From: an uncultured Candidatus Poseidoniales archaeon
Lineage (GTDB): Archaea; Thermoplasmatota; Poseidoniia; Poseidoniales; Thalassarchaeaceae
Direction of reading: 5' to 3'
DNA: 64,000 nucleotides
NCBI GenBank assembly: GCA_902573015.1
Contig: CACGIE010000002.1
Location: 7,660-71,659, forward strand
Under the pieces are notes generated by a model that did no database searches, was not told where the DNA came from, and saw only the letters and a program-made list of their open reading frames with translations. The position numbers and the translations under genes were made by a program. Position 1 is the stretch's first letter. The number at the start of each line of letters is the position of its first letter. Of the stretch, positions 37,290 to 46,579 are shown piece after piece.

Positions 37290-40154
37290 ATGGCGAGAGT
37301 TGGAATTTGGAAGTGTCCAGAATGCCAACTTCACCAAACCTGGAAGACTAGGTCAGATAAGTCAAACAAATTGGATCGTAAGTGTACAGGATGTGGGAAA
37401 AGGGTTCGAACGACCCTAGATAGGTCTGTCTCAGGGAAGGGCAGAGTGCGGAACGTCGAAATTTGGGAAAGGAGTTCTAAGGATTGGGAATCTCTGGAAG
37501 AAGAGGTTCAGAGAAGGAATAGGGGGTCTTTTGCAGATCCCATCGCATCAGTTAGTGGGAATGAAAATGAGGAACTGCAGTCTAATATTCCAAAAATTTG
37601 GGGCGTAGGGTGGATTCCTCCGGATGCATTGATTTTTCCATCAAAGCTGAAGTCAAAAAGAGCCAAGAAGAGTTTGCTAGAATTTGTAGCAGAAAGACAC
37701 GATGGTCATCTAAATTCTATTTCAGAATGTTGGGATTCAATGAAATGTAAAGATAAAATGACGGGTGAAGAGTTTCATGAATTCTCTCAGGAATTGATGA
37801 GAGTAATCGAGGAAAGATACCTAGAAAGGACGTTGGGTCCCGATCTATCTGGGCTTGCAAAATCAGAAATCATACCGATGAGAAGGGGTGAAGTATTCCT
37901 AAAGAGGAGATTGGACAGGCTACTAATTGATCTGACACTTTGCATGAGAAGAATTGCACATTATGCTTCGATTACTGTGGAAAATAGAATAGAATGGCAG
38001 AGGAGAATGATTCGTACAAGATTAGTGGATGAGGAGTTGAAGGACCTCTTTACGAATGGATTGCCTACCCCAGATGGAGGTAGTTTTGGTGGAAAGGGTT
38101 TCAGATCAACCTGGCAGGAAGGGGTGGTTGCCTGCGCTACTGCTATGACACGCGCAGTTGATTTGCCGGAAGAAAACCGTCACAATGCAGACATTGTAGC
38201 CCCAATGATCAGAGATATGGGCCTAGCACTTGCAATGGGGCAGACCCCGATCGAGGTTTTTTCTGCCCAAATGGGCAAGGCAGAGTCCTACATGGACGGT
38301 GGAATTCAAGGAAGTGGCGGTAGGGATTTGCATATAGGGAACTGGGAGAAGGGAATCCTGCCTCCTACTGCACCATTGCCTATTGCAAGTGCAACAACCA
38401 CTGGAGTAGCACTGGCTGCAAGTAGGCTAGGAATTAGTAGATTCCACTTAGCCCCTGTGGGAGAGGGTTGTAGCAGTAGCGGAGAGTTCTGGGAGGCGAT
38501 GAATTTCGCTGGAGTTCGTGGTTTGCCGATTTGCTTCATGATTCAGAATAATCAGATAGCACTTGATACACTAAATTCTGCTCAATCAGGAGCAGAGACT
38601 TTCGGTGACAAGGGGCATGCAATGGGAATCCCCGCCTGGACTATAGATGGATCTGATCCAGCGTTATTCTATGTATCCACTGCGGTTGCTAAGGAGTTCG
38701 CCAAGGATGGATGCGGAGCAACGCTAATCCACGTGGAAACAATGAGGGGTTGTGGGCACGCTCATCATCATGATGATTTGTACCTTGGAGCATCAAGCGG
38801 AAACCCTCCAGGTTATGTTGATCGGGAGTTACTGCGATACTGGTCCGAGAAAGATCCTCTGCCAAACCATAGAGAGTTATTGATTAAACTCGGAGTGGGC
38901 GAACAAAAACTCAACCGCATTCAGCTGGAAGAAGAAGGCAATGTGGAGTCAGCCAGGAGTCAATTGGAAAAAATGGAGTGGCCGGAGGGGAATTCGGTTG
39001 TCAAAGGAGTTACATCAATCTCGGACGCTACAAGTCACGAGAAGCAACTACGGAGAATTGACGAGGCAGGGGATATTACGAGTACCGGTCTAGGTTCAGG
39101 GGAGCTCTCAATAGAGTTCTCCGATGCTCCAAATTCTTGGAGTTACAGTAGAGCAATTCAGAATGGCATGGCAGCACTTGCAGACCAATTCGGCGATCAG
39201 ATGGTGTTCATGGGCGAAGATATGGAAGTAGCAGGGGCATTCGGAATGAATCTAGGGCTCAAGGCTAAGGGTCATCAATCAAAACTTCTCGATATGCCAC
39301 TATCTGAGGCCATCATAATCCATTCAGCGACAGGCGCAGCCCTAGGAGGGATGAGGCCACTGGCAGAGATACAGTTCGGAGGATTTGCAGCACTAGCAAT
39401 GAACCCCCTGGTCAACAATGCGGCTCAATTGAGATGGAGATGGGGCGCAGAGGTACCGATGACAGTACGAATTCCCCTAGGAGCTAAGACCAGGAGTGGG
39501 CCATTTCACGCTAACATGATTGAATCATGGCTAACAAACGATCCAGGATTGATCATTGTAACTCCAAGTAATCCTCAGGATGCTTATGATCTGCTTATTG
39601 AGTCACACCATCTACCAGATCCTGTTGTCTACTTAGAGCATATTGGGCTGTACGGACTTAGAGGGGGCATAACTGGCTGGGGTAAATCAATCAATCAAAT
39701 AGTGGATACAGAGGCTGTAATGAATAGACTAGGAAATGGAGATAGTTCAATTGGCAGAGCCAGAGTAGTCAGAGGAGGCGAGGATCTCACAATTGTCACC
39801 TGGGGTGCCATGGTACACGTTGCGCTTGATGCAGCAGAGAATGTGTCGAATAGGGGGGTTGAAGTCGAAGTTGTGGATCTGAGAACTCTCGTTCCCTTTG
39901 ACTCTGGGACATGTATCAACTCGGTTCTCAAGACTGGAAGACTAATCGTTCTACAAGAGTCGCAGTGGACTGGTGGTTTTGGCCATACAGTCTCGAGCAG
40001 AATTATCGAAGAGTCGTTCTGGAAGTTAGAAACTCCTCCCGTAGTGATTGGAGCGTTGGATACACCTGTTCCTTTCTCTCCAACACTTGAGGACCATACT
40101 ATTCCAAGTGTCGAAGTGGTTTCCAGGCATATCGAAAGAGCATGTGCAAAATGA
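37290..40154 (+). CDS. Fused 2-oxoacid dehydrogenase E1 alpha+beta (BCKDH-like) with an N-terminal Zn-ribbon extension
   Basis: CPEC..CTGC; TPP motif GEG..NN; R..GH; beta-domain GED, DMPLSE, EIQF, GPFH, VEVVDLRTL; start probably ATG 37290. Confidence 0.88.
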   Translation: MARVGIWKCPECQLHQTWKTRSDKSNKLDRKCTGCGKRVRTTLDRSVSGKGRVRNVEIWERSSKDWESLEEEVQRRNRGSFADPIASVSGNENEELQSNIPKIWGVGWIPPDALIFPSKLKSKRAKKSLLEFVAERHDGHLNSISECWDSMKCKDKMTGEEFHEFSQELMRVIEERYLERTLGPDLSGLAKSEIIPMRRGEVFLKRRLDRLLIDLTLCMRRIAHYASITVENRIEWQRRMIRTRLVDEELKDLFTNGLPTPDGGSFGGKGFRSTWQEGVVACATAMTRAVDLPEENRHNADIVAPMIRDMGLALAMGQTPIEVFSAQMGKAESYMDGGIQGSGGRDLHIGNWEKGILPPTAPLPIASATTTGVALAASRLGISRFHLAPVGEGCSSSGEFWEAMNFAGVRGLPICFMIQNNQIALDTLNSAQSGAETFGDKGHAMGIPAWTIDGSDPALFYVSTAVAKEFAKDGCGATLIHVETMRGCGHAHHHDDLYLGASSGNPPGYVDRELLRYWSEKDPLPNHRELLIKLGVGEQKLNRIQLEEEGNVESARSQLEKMEWPEGNSVVKGVTSISDATSHEKQLRRIDEAGDITSTGLGSGELSIEFSDAPNSWSYSRAIQNGMAALADQFGDQMVFMGEDMEVAGAFGMNLGLKAKGHQSKLLDMPLSEAIIIHSATGAALGGMRPLAEIQFGGFAALAMNPLVNNAAQLRWRWGAEVPMTVRIPLGAKTRSGPFHANMIESWLTNDPGLIIVTPSNPQDAYDLLIESHHLPDPVVYLEHIGLYGLRGGITGWGKSINQIVDTEAVMNRLGNGDSSIGRARVVRGGEDLTIVTWGAMVHVALDAAENVSNRGVEVEVVDLRTLVPFDSGTCINSVLKTGRLIVLQESQWTGGFGHTVSSRIIEESFWKLETPPVVIGALDTPVPFSPTLEDHTIPSVEVVSRHIERACAK

Positions 40155-40209
40155 AATCCAACGAAATGTCTGGAAAAGAGTAAATTGTGAAATGTCTCAG
40201 GAGTAGAAT

Positions 40210-41169
40210 ATGGATGAGACTGTGGTGGACGTAGTTTTCGTCCTTATCGGGTTTGCTTTGCTAATGTTCGGGGGAGAGGCTCTGGTTCAAGGAGCTACTA
40301 GGATATCCCAGAGTCTCAGCATATCGCCTCTAGTAGTGGGATTCACAGTCGTAGCAATCGGAACATCACTGCCCGAACTGGCTGTTGCGATTGAGGCTAT
40401 TGAAACTGACGTACCAAATATTGCAGTTGGAGGGGTCCTAGGTTCTAATGTCGCAAACGTGATGTTGGTCTTGGGAGCGGCAGCCGTCTTAGGGGCTAAA
40501 TCTGATACAGAGAAAGGGGTAAACAGGGATGCGATGGCAGTAGTGGTAGCCACTCTGTTCATGGCAATATTCGTTTATTTTGGAGAAGTTCCCCTTCTAG
40601 GAGGCGTCGTGATGTTGACATGTCTGATTGGTTACTACTACTACACCTACTCAGTTGCAATCTCGGATGAAGATGAGTATGAGTTCGAAGACTCATGGCT
40701 ACCAAACAAAATGTCCCTTGCTATCCCCTTCTGTGTTATGGGTGGTGGGATGATATGGTTTGGTGCTGAATTACTTGTATCTGGATCAACTGGTATTGCT
40801 GAGACTTTCGGAGTCTCGGAGGCCGTTATTGGTCTGACGGTGGTAGCACTGGGGACTTCATTGCCCGAACTGGCTGTTACACTAGTAGCTGGCATTAGAG
40901 GGCAAGGAGGCGTTGCCGTAGGAAACGTACTAGGTTCCAATGTGATGAACATCATGGGGATAATTGGTATAGCGAGTATTGTTGGGAGTGGGATTCCTGT
41001 AGATGTAGAGTTTCAGAGAGACATCATAGTGGTGATAGCAACATCGGGATTAGTAGTATGGATGCTCATATCTGGAAAGGAGTTCACCAAAAATATTGGA
41101 ACTATGATGATCATATCTTACCTATTCTACATGACATATCTCGGTGGTTTCCTAGACGGATTATTTTAG
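40210..41169 (+). CDS. Ca2+/Na+ antiporter (CaCA, YrbG-like)
   Basis: Two alpha-repeats GTSLPEL..GSN. Confidence 0.93.
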   Translation: MDETVVDVVFVLIGFALLMFGGEALVQGATRISQSLSISPLVVGFTVVAIGTSLPELAVAIEAIETDVPNIAVGGVLGSNVANVMLVLGAAAVLGAKSDTEKGVNRDAMAVVVATLFMAIFVYFGEVPLLGGVVMLTCLIGYYYYTYSVAISDEDEYEFEDSWLPNKMSLAIPFCVMGGGMIWFGAELLVSGSTGIAETFGVSEAVIGLTVVALGTSLPELAVTLVAGIRGQGGVAVGNVLGSNVMNIMGIIGIASIVGSGIPVDVEFQRDIIVVIATSGLVVWMLISGKEFTKNIGTMMIISYLFYMTYLGGFLDGLF

Positions 41170-41203
41170 CGAGAGAGCTAGTTAGGTTTTTGGGAGCGAT
41201 AGT

Positions 41204-41773
41204 GTGGAATGCGTAATTCTTGCGGCTGGTTCAAGCAGTAGGCTTGGAATGGATAAGGCATTGGTTGATGTCGGTTCTCAGACGCTCATCAGTTGGATTT
41301 CACGAAGATTATCGAGTCATGTGGCTAATATCACCATAGTTGCAAATGAGTCAAATTTTACAGAAATTTCCAAAATGGTGAGTAATGTGAATGTAATACT
41401 AAACCGAAATCCGCACAAAGGTAGAACAGGCTCTCTTAAATTGGGAATTGACAGTATTGATTCCTCGGGAGTGGAGGATTACAGATTGCTTGTTGTTCCC
41501 GTAGATCGGCCAGGATTCTCAGATTCGACTCTGGATCGACTAATTTCTTCAGAAGAGACCTGCTGTCCTATGAAGGAAGGCAGAGGGGGACACCCCCTGG
41601 TGCTGACCTTCGAAGATGTCGACAAGGTAAGGAAAAGTTCAGCAAATTCGCCATTGAGAGAAGTGATCGAGGCAAGTAGATTCGAGGTTCTAGATAGATT
41701 TCTAGATCTAAACATAGATACCCCAGAGGATATAATCAATCTACAACATAAACTAAGATCGGTAAATGAATAG
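41204..41773 (+). CDS. mocA: Molybdenum cofactor nucleotidyltransferase (MocA-like)
   Basis: ILAAG.SSRLG.DKAL, PVDRP, GGHP, NIDTPED; close to xdhC. Confidence 0.75.
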   Translation: MECVILAAGSSSRLGMDKALVDVGSQTLISWISRRLSSHVANITIVANESNFTEISKMVSNVNVILNRNPHKGRTGSLKLGIDSIDSSGVEDYRLLVVPVDRPGFSDSTLDRLISSEETCCPMKEGRGGHPLVLTFEDVDKVRKSSANSPLREVIEASRFEVLDRFLDLNIDTPEDIINLQHKLRSVNE

Positions 41774-41914
41774 AATAGAAATTATCCATTTTAATTCTGG
41801 GTTCTGAACTAATTGAGTTTGATGAGTGCTATTTCAGAATCGAGAAAATAGAGTATCAGATTCCTTCGTGCTAAGATGTCAAATGATTTATACAAACTTG
41901 GAGTGGAATGTGTA

Positions 41915-43123
41915 ATGCCAACCTCTGCTGATGTAATCGAAGTGGTAGTTGTGAGCATGCGAGATGCATTTCTAGCCGTGACCGTATTTGTTGCTTCGAT
42001 GGTTCTACTGTTCAGTTGGTTACAGTACATTACCGCTGGAAGGTTCGTAGACGTGATTCGATCCAAAAGACGATGGCAGCCCGTAATCGGCGCCATTATG
42101 GGCATCACTCCTGGTTGTGGCGGAGCCATTGTAATCATGCCAATGTATACTAGGGGTTTCGTGAGCTATGGAACCGTAATAGCCACTCTGATCGCGACCC
42201 TCGGGGATGCTGCGTTCGTCTTGATTGGTGCTGCTCTCACTGACTCCTCTTTCGTGGCTCCCGCAGTAGCGGTGCATATCATCTCCTTCGTGACAGGAGT
42301 TACGTGGGGCTACCTCATTGATGGATTGAGCATCACACCACAGAGTCCTTTGGGCGGATTAATACTTAGATCCGAGTCCACGAAGGAACAGAAAATCATC
42401 AAATTAGACGATTTGGAAGATACGAAAACAGTCTTTGATGATCTTGGAAGAGAAGATGAAACTGGCCCGGGTTATTTCCTTCTTCACCAAGGCTATACCC
42501 TGTGGTGGATAGTTACCTCAATTGGATTAGTATTCGCAGTAATGTTACTTGTTTGGAATTCTCAGGATGCTGATTTTGAACTTTCAATAGAATATAATCC
42601 ATTTACGTTACATGGTTTCATAACTTGGATTGGTTTGATAGGTACGACTTTGTCAATAATCCTGTATCTATCTCAGAAAAGCTGGATTCGTGACGATACA
42701 GAAGCTTCTATTGGAGACAAGCTCTATTCGATGAGAGAGACATTGATACACTCTGCAAGTGAAACTGCATTTGTCACTTTTTGGGTCATGGCTGCTTACC
42801 TAATTTTCGAGTTTACCATGTTATTCTCGGGGGCTAACGAAGCAGACTTAGCCGAGTATGGTGATGGAATTTTTGCAGTTGTAGTCGCTTCTTTCGTTGG
42901 ATTAATACCTGGTTGCGGACCTCAAATTATCGCCATTACCGCCTATACAAAGGATCTGATATCGTTCCCGGCTTTGGCTGCGAATGCGATTAGTCAAGAC
43001 GGAGACGCTCTTTTTCCACTTTTGGTTAGGCATAGGGTAGCTAGCCTTTGGGCTACGCTACATACAACTATTCCTGCCCTAATTTTGGGAGTCGCGCTTT
43101 TGATTCTGGACGTATCTTTCTAA
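41915..43123 (+). CDS. Putative heavy-metal/manganese transporter (10-TM family with PGCG repeats)
   Basis: GITPGCGGAI..ATLGDAAF and GLIPGCGPQI..ISQDGDALFP. Confidence 0.8.
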   Translation: MPTSADVIEVVVVSMRDAFLAVTVFVASMVLLFSWLQYITAGRFVDVIRSKRRWQPVIGAIMGITPGCGGAIVIMPMYTRGFVSYGTVIATLIATLGDAAFVLIGAALTDSSFVAPAVAVHIISFVTGVTWGYLIDGLSITPQSPLGGLILRSESTKEQKIIKLDDLEDTKTVFDDLGREDETGPGYFLLHQGYTLWWIVTSIGLVFAVMLLVWNSQDADFELSIEYNPFTLHGFITWIGLIGTTLSIILYLSQKSWIRDDTEASIGDKLYSMRETLIHSASETAFVTFWVMAAYLIFEFTMLFSGANEADLAEYGDGIFAVVVASFVGLIPGCGPQIIAITAYTKDLISFPALAANAISQDGDALFPLLVRHRVASLWATLHTTIPALILGVALLILDVSF

Positions 43124-43171
43124 ATCTGAGTGATACGCAGAAGTATCTGATCATCTACACAACTCCAAAGG

Positions 43172-44032
43172 TTGGCACCCCGACGGACCTTTGTGACTGT
43201 GGCAGTCCTAAACTGGGCCATCAATAGAGTAGAGGCTGGAGAAAGAGTCGCCATTGCATCTGTGGTTCAGGCCAGCGGGAGCGTTCCTGGGAAACCAGGA
43301 GCAAGGCTAGCAATCAGCTCCTCGGGGGAAAAGTTCGGGACTATCGGTGGTGCAGGATTGGAGTTAACGGTGGAAAAGGAGCTTCAAGAAATTCTTTTGC
43401 GAGATCTGTCTGACCTAAGAAAAAAAGGAGGTAAAGTTGAGTTATTCCTGCTAAACAGAGATGGCAAAGGAAAAGAGGTATCTGCCCTCGACAGTCTATG
43501 CGGGGGACGGGTGACAGTAGCTATGGAAGTGATTACTCCACGACCTCACATCTTGATTGCGGGAGGGGGGCACGTTGGTCTTTCAATCGCAAAGGTGTGT
43601 GATTCTGTGGAATGGTCGTATAGCGTATTCGATATAAGAGAGGAGTATTGTAACCAACAGCGTTATCCAAACGCTGAGAGGAATTTCTGCTCGTCTGTCG
43701 AGGAATTTCTCAAGAGCGAAAGTAAGGATTCTCTGGCTCGTTTTTCAGATATTCTACTGTTGAGTCATGATTGGTCGGTTGATGAAGAGATGCTAATCGG
43801 GTTACTGCAATTATGCAGAGAAGGAAGTAGGCCTCGGATTGGGGCTATAGGATCGAAGAAGAAATGGTCTGCTTTCAGGAAGAAGGCTATTGGAAGTGGG
43901 GTTGAGGAGCGGCTGATAGACTCCGTCAGATGCCCTATTGGCCTAGACATAGGGGCGGATACTCCGGAAGAAATTGCAATTGCGGTTTGTGCAGAAGTTC
44001 TATCTCTTGAAAGGAAGAACGTGGCTACCTAA
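43172..44032 (+). CDS. xdhC: XdhC/CoxF molybdoenzyme maturation factor
   Basis: GSVPGKPGA, GTIGG..LE, CGG, GGGHV, PIGLDIGADTPEEIA. Confidence 0.92.
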   Translation: MAPRRTFVTVAVLNWAINRVEAGERVAIASVVQASGSVPGKPGARLAISSSGEKFGTIGGAGLELTVEKELQEILLRDLSDLRKKGGKVELFLLNRDGKGKEVSALDSLCGGRVTVAMEVITPRPHILIAGGGHVGLSIAKVCDSVEWSYSVFDIREEYCNQQRYPNAERNFCSSVEEFLKSESKDSLARFSDILLLSHDWSVDEEMLIGLLQLCREGSRPRIGAIGSKKKWSAFRKKAIGSGVEERLIDSVRCPIGLDIGADTPEEIAIAVCAEVLSLERKNVAT

Positions 44033-44063
44033 GTATCAAATTAGGTGTTAAATTCGGGAAGTC

Positions 44064-45278
44064 ATGAAGGTTCTGTCGACCCTGACTTCCATACTGGTAA
44101 TTTCTGCAAGCTTAGTCGGATGTATGGGAGAGAGTGAGGAGAAGGAAGATATCCCCGTAGTAGACGGCTATTTCGGAGCTTTCAGTGTCGTAGCCCCAAT
44201 CGATACTGGGATTAACGTATATCATAATCACTTCTCTATGAACGAGTCTTACCCGCAGTGGCTGCTTGATCAACTGGGAGTAAACAAGGTTTGTGAAATT
44301 AGTAAAAACGGAACTTGGGAAGAGCGCTACGAAGCGGATAGGGAAGATTGCTGGGACGTGATTGGTTCCGACGACATTGTATGGTTCAAGGGTTCGAGAA
44401 TAATTGGCACTACTCCCGATGATAATACGGACATACCAATCCTCGACGACCCTAATGACGGGCATGGGACCGCAGTAACTGGTGCGGTAATTGACGCGAA
44501 CCCGGACGCGGTGATTTTCTTCGTCGAGGGATTCAGTGATGCGGCTGTTCTGGCTGCTGCGAACCAACCTTTGGTGGATTTGATTACAACTAGCTTCGGA
44601 CCCATACTTTCGGTTCCGGTCCCTGGCATTGAGGATGCAACCAAAGTCGCAGTTGTTGAAGAAAAGAAGATTCACACTGGAGCTGCGGATAACTCCCCTT
44701 CTCCTGCCATTCAAGACTCAACGGCTGGACCTCCGTGGAGTATTGGAGTTTCGGGATATGCTGAAGAGGATGACGATCAGAAAGAGACCATGAGCGGTTC
44801 TTACCCCGACATAGCTGCAGACTGGACTCAAATGCTCCCCAACCATGACGACATTGACGGATATCATCAGACCTCGGGAACCTCGTTTGCAACACCAAGG
44901 ACCGCTGGATTGCTCTCCAAAGTGCTAGTCTCTCTAAGAACGGAATTCGGGGATTTTTCCTCCGGTGCCGATCCTGTAGATAGGATGGGGCTAATGGTGA
45001 ACGGATCGAATTTCACACTCACCAACGATGACATCAGAGATGCTTTGAACCTCTCAGCATGGTATCCATCATTTTCCAGTTGGGACCCTCTTTCGGGAAC
45101 AACTCCAATTTCGCCTGTGGCGCCGTGCACACAAGTGGGATGGGGAGTAGTGAACGAAAGCAATGTCCTTCCTATCATTGAGCACCTGAATGGGAGTAGC
45201 TCGATGAGCCAGAGGCCCTTCGATGTGGAACTCTGTATGGAGTCCAATCAGGAGATTAGAGAAGCATATTGGAACTAG
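44064..45278 (+). CDS. Lipoprotein subtilase (S8-like)
   Basis: LVGC lipobox; IDTG, GHGT, SGTSFATP. Confidence 0.8.
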   Translation: MKVLSTLTSILVISASLVGCMGESEEKEDIPVVDGYFGAFSVVAPIDTGINVYHNHFSMNESYPQWLLDQLGVNKVCEISKNGTWEERYEADREDCWDVIGSDDIVWFKGSRIIGTTPDDNTDIPILDDPNDGHGTAVTGAVIDANPDAVIFFVEGFSDAAVLAAANQPLVDLITTSFGPILSVPVPGIEDATKVAVVEEKKIHTGAADNSPSPAIQDSTAGPPWSIGVSGYAEEDDDQKETMSGSYPDIAADWTQMLPNHDDIDGYHQTSGTSFATPRTAGLLSKVLVSLRTEFGDFSSGADPVDRMGLMVNGSNFTLTNDDIRDALNLSAWYPSFSSWDPLSGTTPISPVAPCTQVGWGVVNESNVLPIIEHLNGSSSMSQRPFDVELCMESNQEIREAYWN

Positions 45279-45314
45279 GGTGTTCTCTAAATAACAAGAA
45301 GAGAGTCCAAGATT

Positions 45315-45959
45315 ATGAGGAAGGTACTCCTTAGATGGAAGGTTTCCTCTCTTTCCGGAATAGATGAGATCGACAAACTGATGGAGATTTGTCACAGGAT
45401 AGAGGTTCTTGGACACCTTTCTACTGATTCTGGAGGGGTTACCCAACTGGTAGAATTGGGGATTAACAAAGGACGGTATCTATCTGAAATCTCGGATTTG
45501 GAGAGTTTTGATGTTATTGAAACACATGAAGAGGACGGGAGCGGCGTGTTGGTTAGCATTCGTTGCACTCATCCTCTAGCACTTTCTGCGTTAGAGTTGT
45601 CGAATATCTATGTCTACCCCCCATACGGAATCGATTCCAAGAGCGGCCTGGAGTTCAGAATCTTTGGGATTTCAAGATCCATACGGAGTTTCTTGGAGTT
45701 TGTTAGAGAAGTGATGCCACCGGACACAATTAGTGTACAGACAATAAAAAACGGATCTTCTAAGGAGCTCGATTTCCTGACAGAAAAGCAGAGAGAAGTG
45801 CTTGAACTGGCTGTGAACAGAGGTTACTACGAAGATGGAGCGGAGATAACATTGAAGCAACTCGCTGAAGAGCTAGGAATAGCAAGAAGCACCACAGGAG
45901 AGCATCTGAAGAGGGCCGAGTCTGAAGTTCTAAAAAGAGCCATCAATGATTTCCAATAG
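45315..45959 (+). CDS. HTH_10 (bacterio-opsin activator-type) transcriptional regulator
   Basis: LTEKQREVLELA..GYYE..LA.ELGI.RST..EHL.RAE. Confidence 0.9.
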   Translation: MRKVLLRWKVSSLSGIDEIDKLMEICHRIEVLGHLSTDSGGVTQLVELGINKGRYLSEISDLESFDVIETHEEDGSGVLVSIRCTHPLALSALELSNIYVYPPYGIDSKSGLEFRIFGISRSIRSFLEFVREVMPPDTISVQTIKNGSSKELDFLTEKQREVLELAVNRGYYEDGAEITLKQLAEELGIARSTTGEHLKRAESEVLKRAINDFQ

Positions 45960-46029
45960 ACATCAAGGGGAACCGAATGCTCAAAGGATGGGCTCGATTG
46001 GTCGTAATGTGGTGCAGTTCCGGCTACCT

Positions 46030-46578
46030 ATGCTACCCCCTTCCGATGCGATTGAGTGGAACGCCAAGGTAAATGACGAAGAAGTATCCATATTTATTGA
46101 GAGCAATGCGATTCTTCTTGACGTGCTTAGGGACCGTGTCGGGAGTCTGGGAACCAAGCGTGGATGCGATATGGGCACCTGTGGATGCTGTTCTGTACTA
46201 ATTGACGGGGAGCCGAGGTTGTCTTGTCTTACTCTAGCTGTAGATACTGAACAAGCCGATATCACAACAGTAGAAGGATTAGCTGATGGACACCATCTGC
46301 ACCCGATACAGCAGACCTTCGCGGAGTGTGGAGGCAGTCAATGCGGATTCTGCACCCCTGGTTTCTTGGTGGTAATTTCTGCATTACTATCTGAAAATAC
46401 CAAACCTGACGACCAAGAGATAAAACAAGCAATAGAGGGCAACCTATGTCGTTGTACTGGATTCCAGCAGATAGTTGACTCAGTCAAAGCCGCTTCAGAT
46501 ATCCTAGTCTCGGGGGAAGCGGTTAGCGACTCGACCCTATCAAAGAGTGATCCTCATCCAGGATTTGGTGGAGATTAG
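46030..46578 (+). CDS. Molybdenum hydroxylase small subunit, 2x[2Fe-2S] (HcrC/CoxS-like)
   Basis: GTK.GCDMGTCGCC..SC; QCGFCTPG; NLCRCTG; start uncertain. Confidence 0.93.
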   Translation: MLPPSDAIEWNAKVNDEEVSIFIESNAILLDVLRDRVGSLGTKRGCDMGTCGCCSVLIDGEPRLSCLTLAVDTEQADITTVEGLADGHHLHPIQQTFAECGGSQCGFCTPGFLVVISALLSENTKPDDQEIKQAIEGNLCRCTGFQQIVDSVKAASDILVSGEAVSDSTLSKSDPHPGFGGD

Positions 46579-46579
46579 T

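Noticed and set aside
40360..40880. Repeated TGCCCGAACTGGCTGTT sequence
   Set aside because: The two alpha-repeats (GTSLPELAV) of the CaCA antiporter.
32300..46000. Genomic island or provirus suggested by lower GC
   Set aside because: No integrase, tRNA, att repeats or viral genes; content is housekeeping and the GC change looks gradual.
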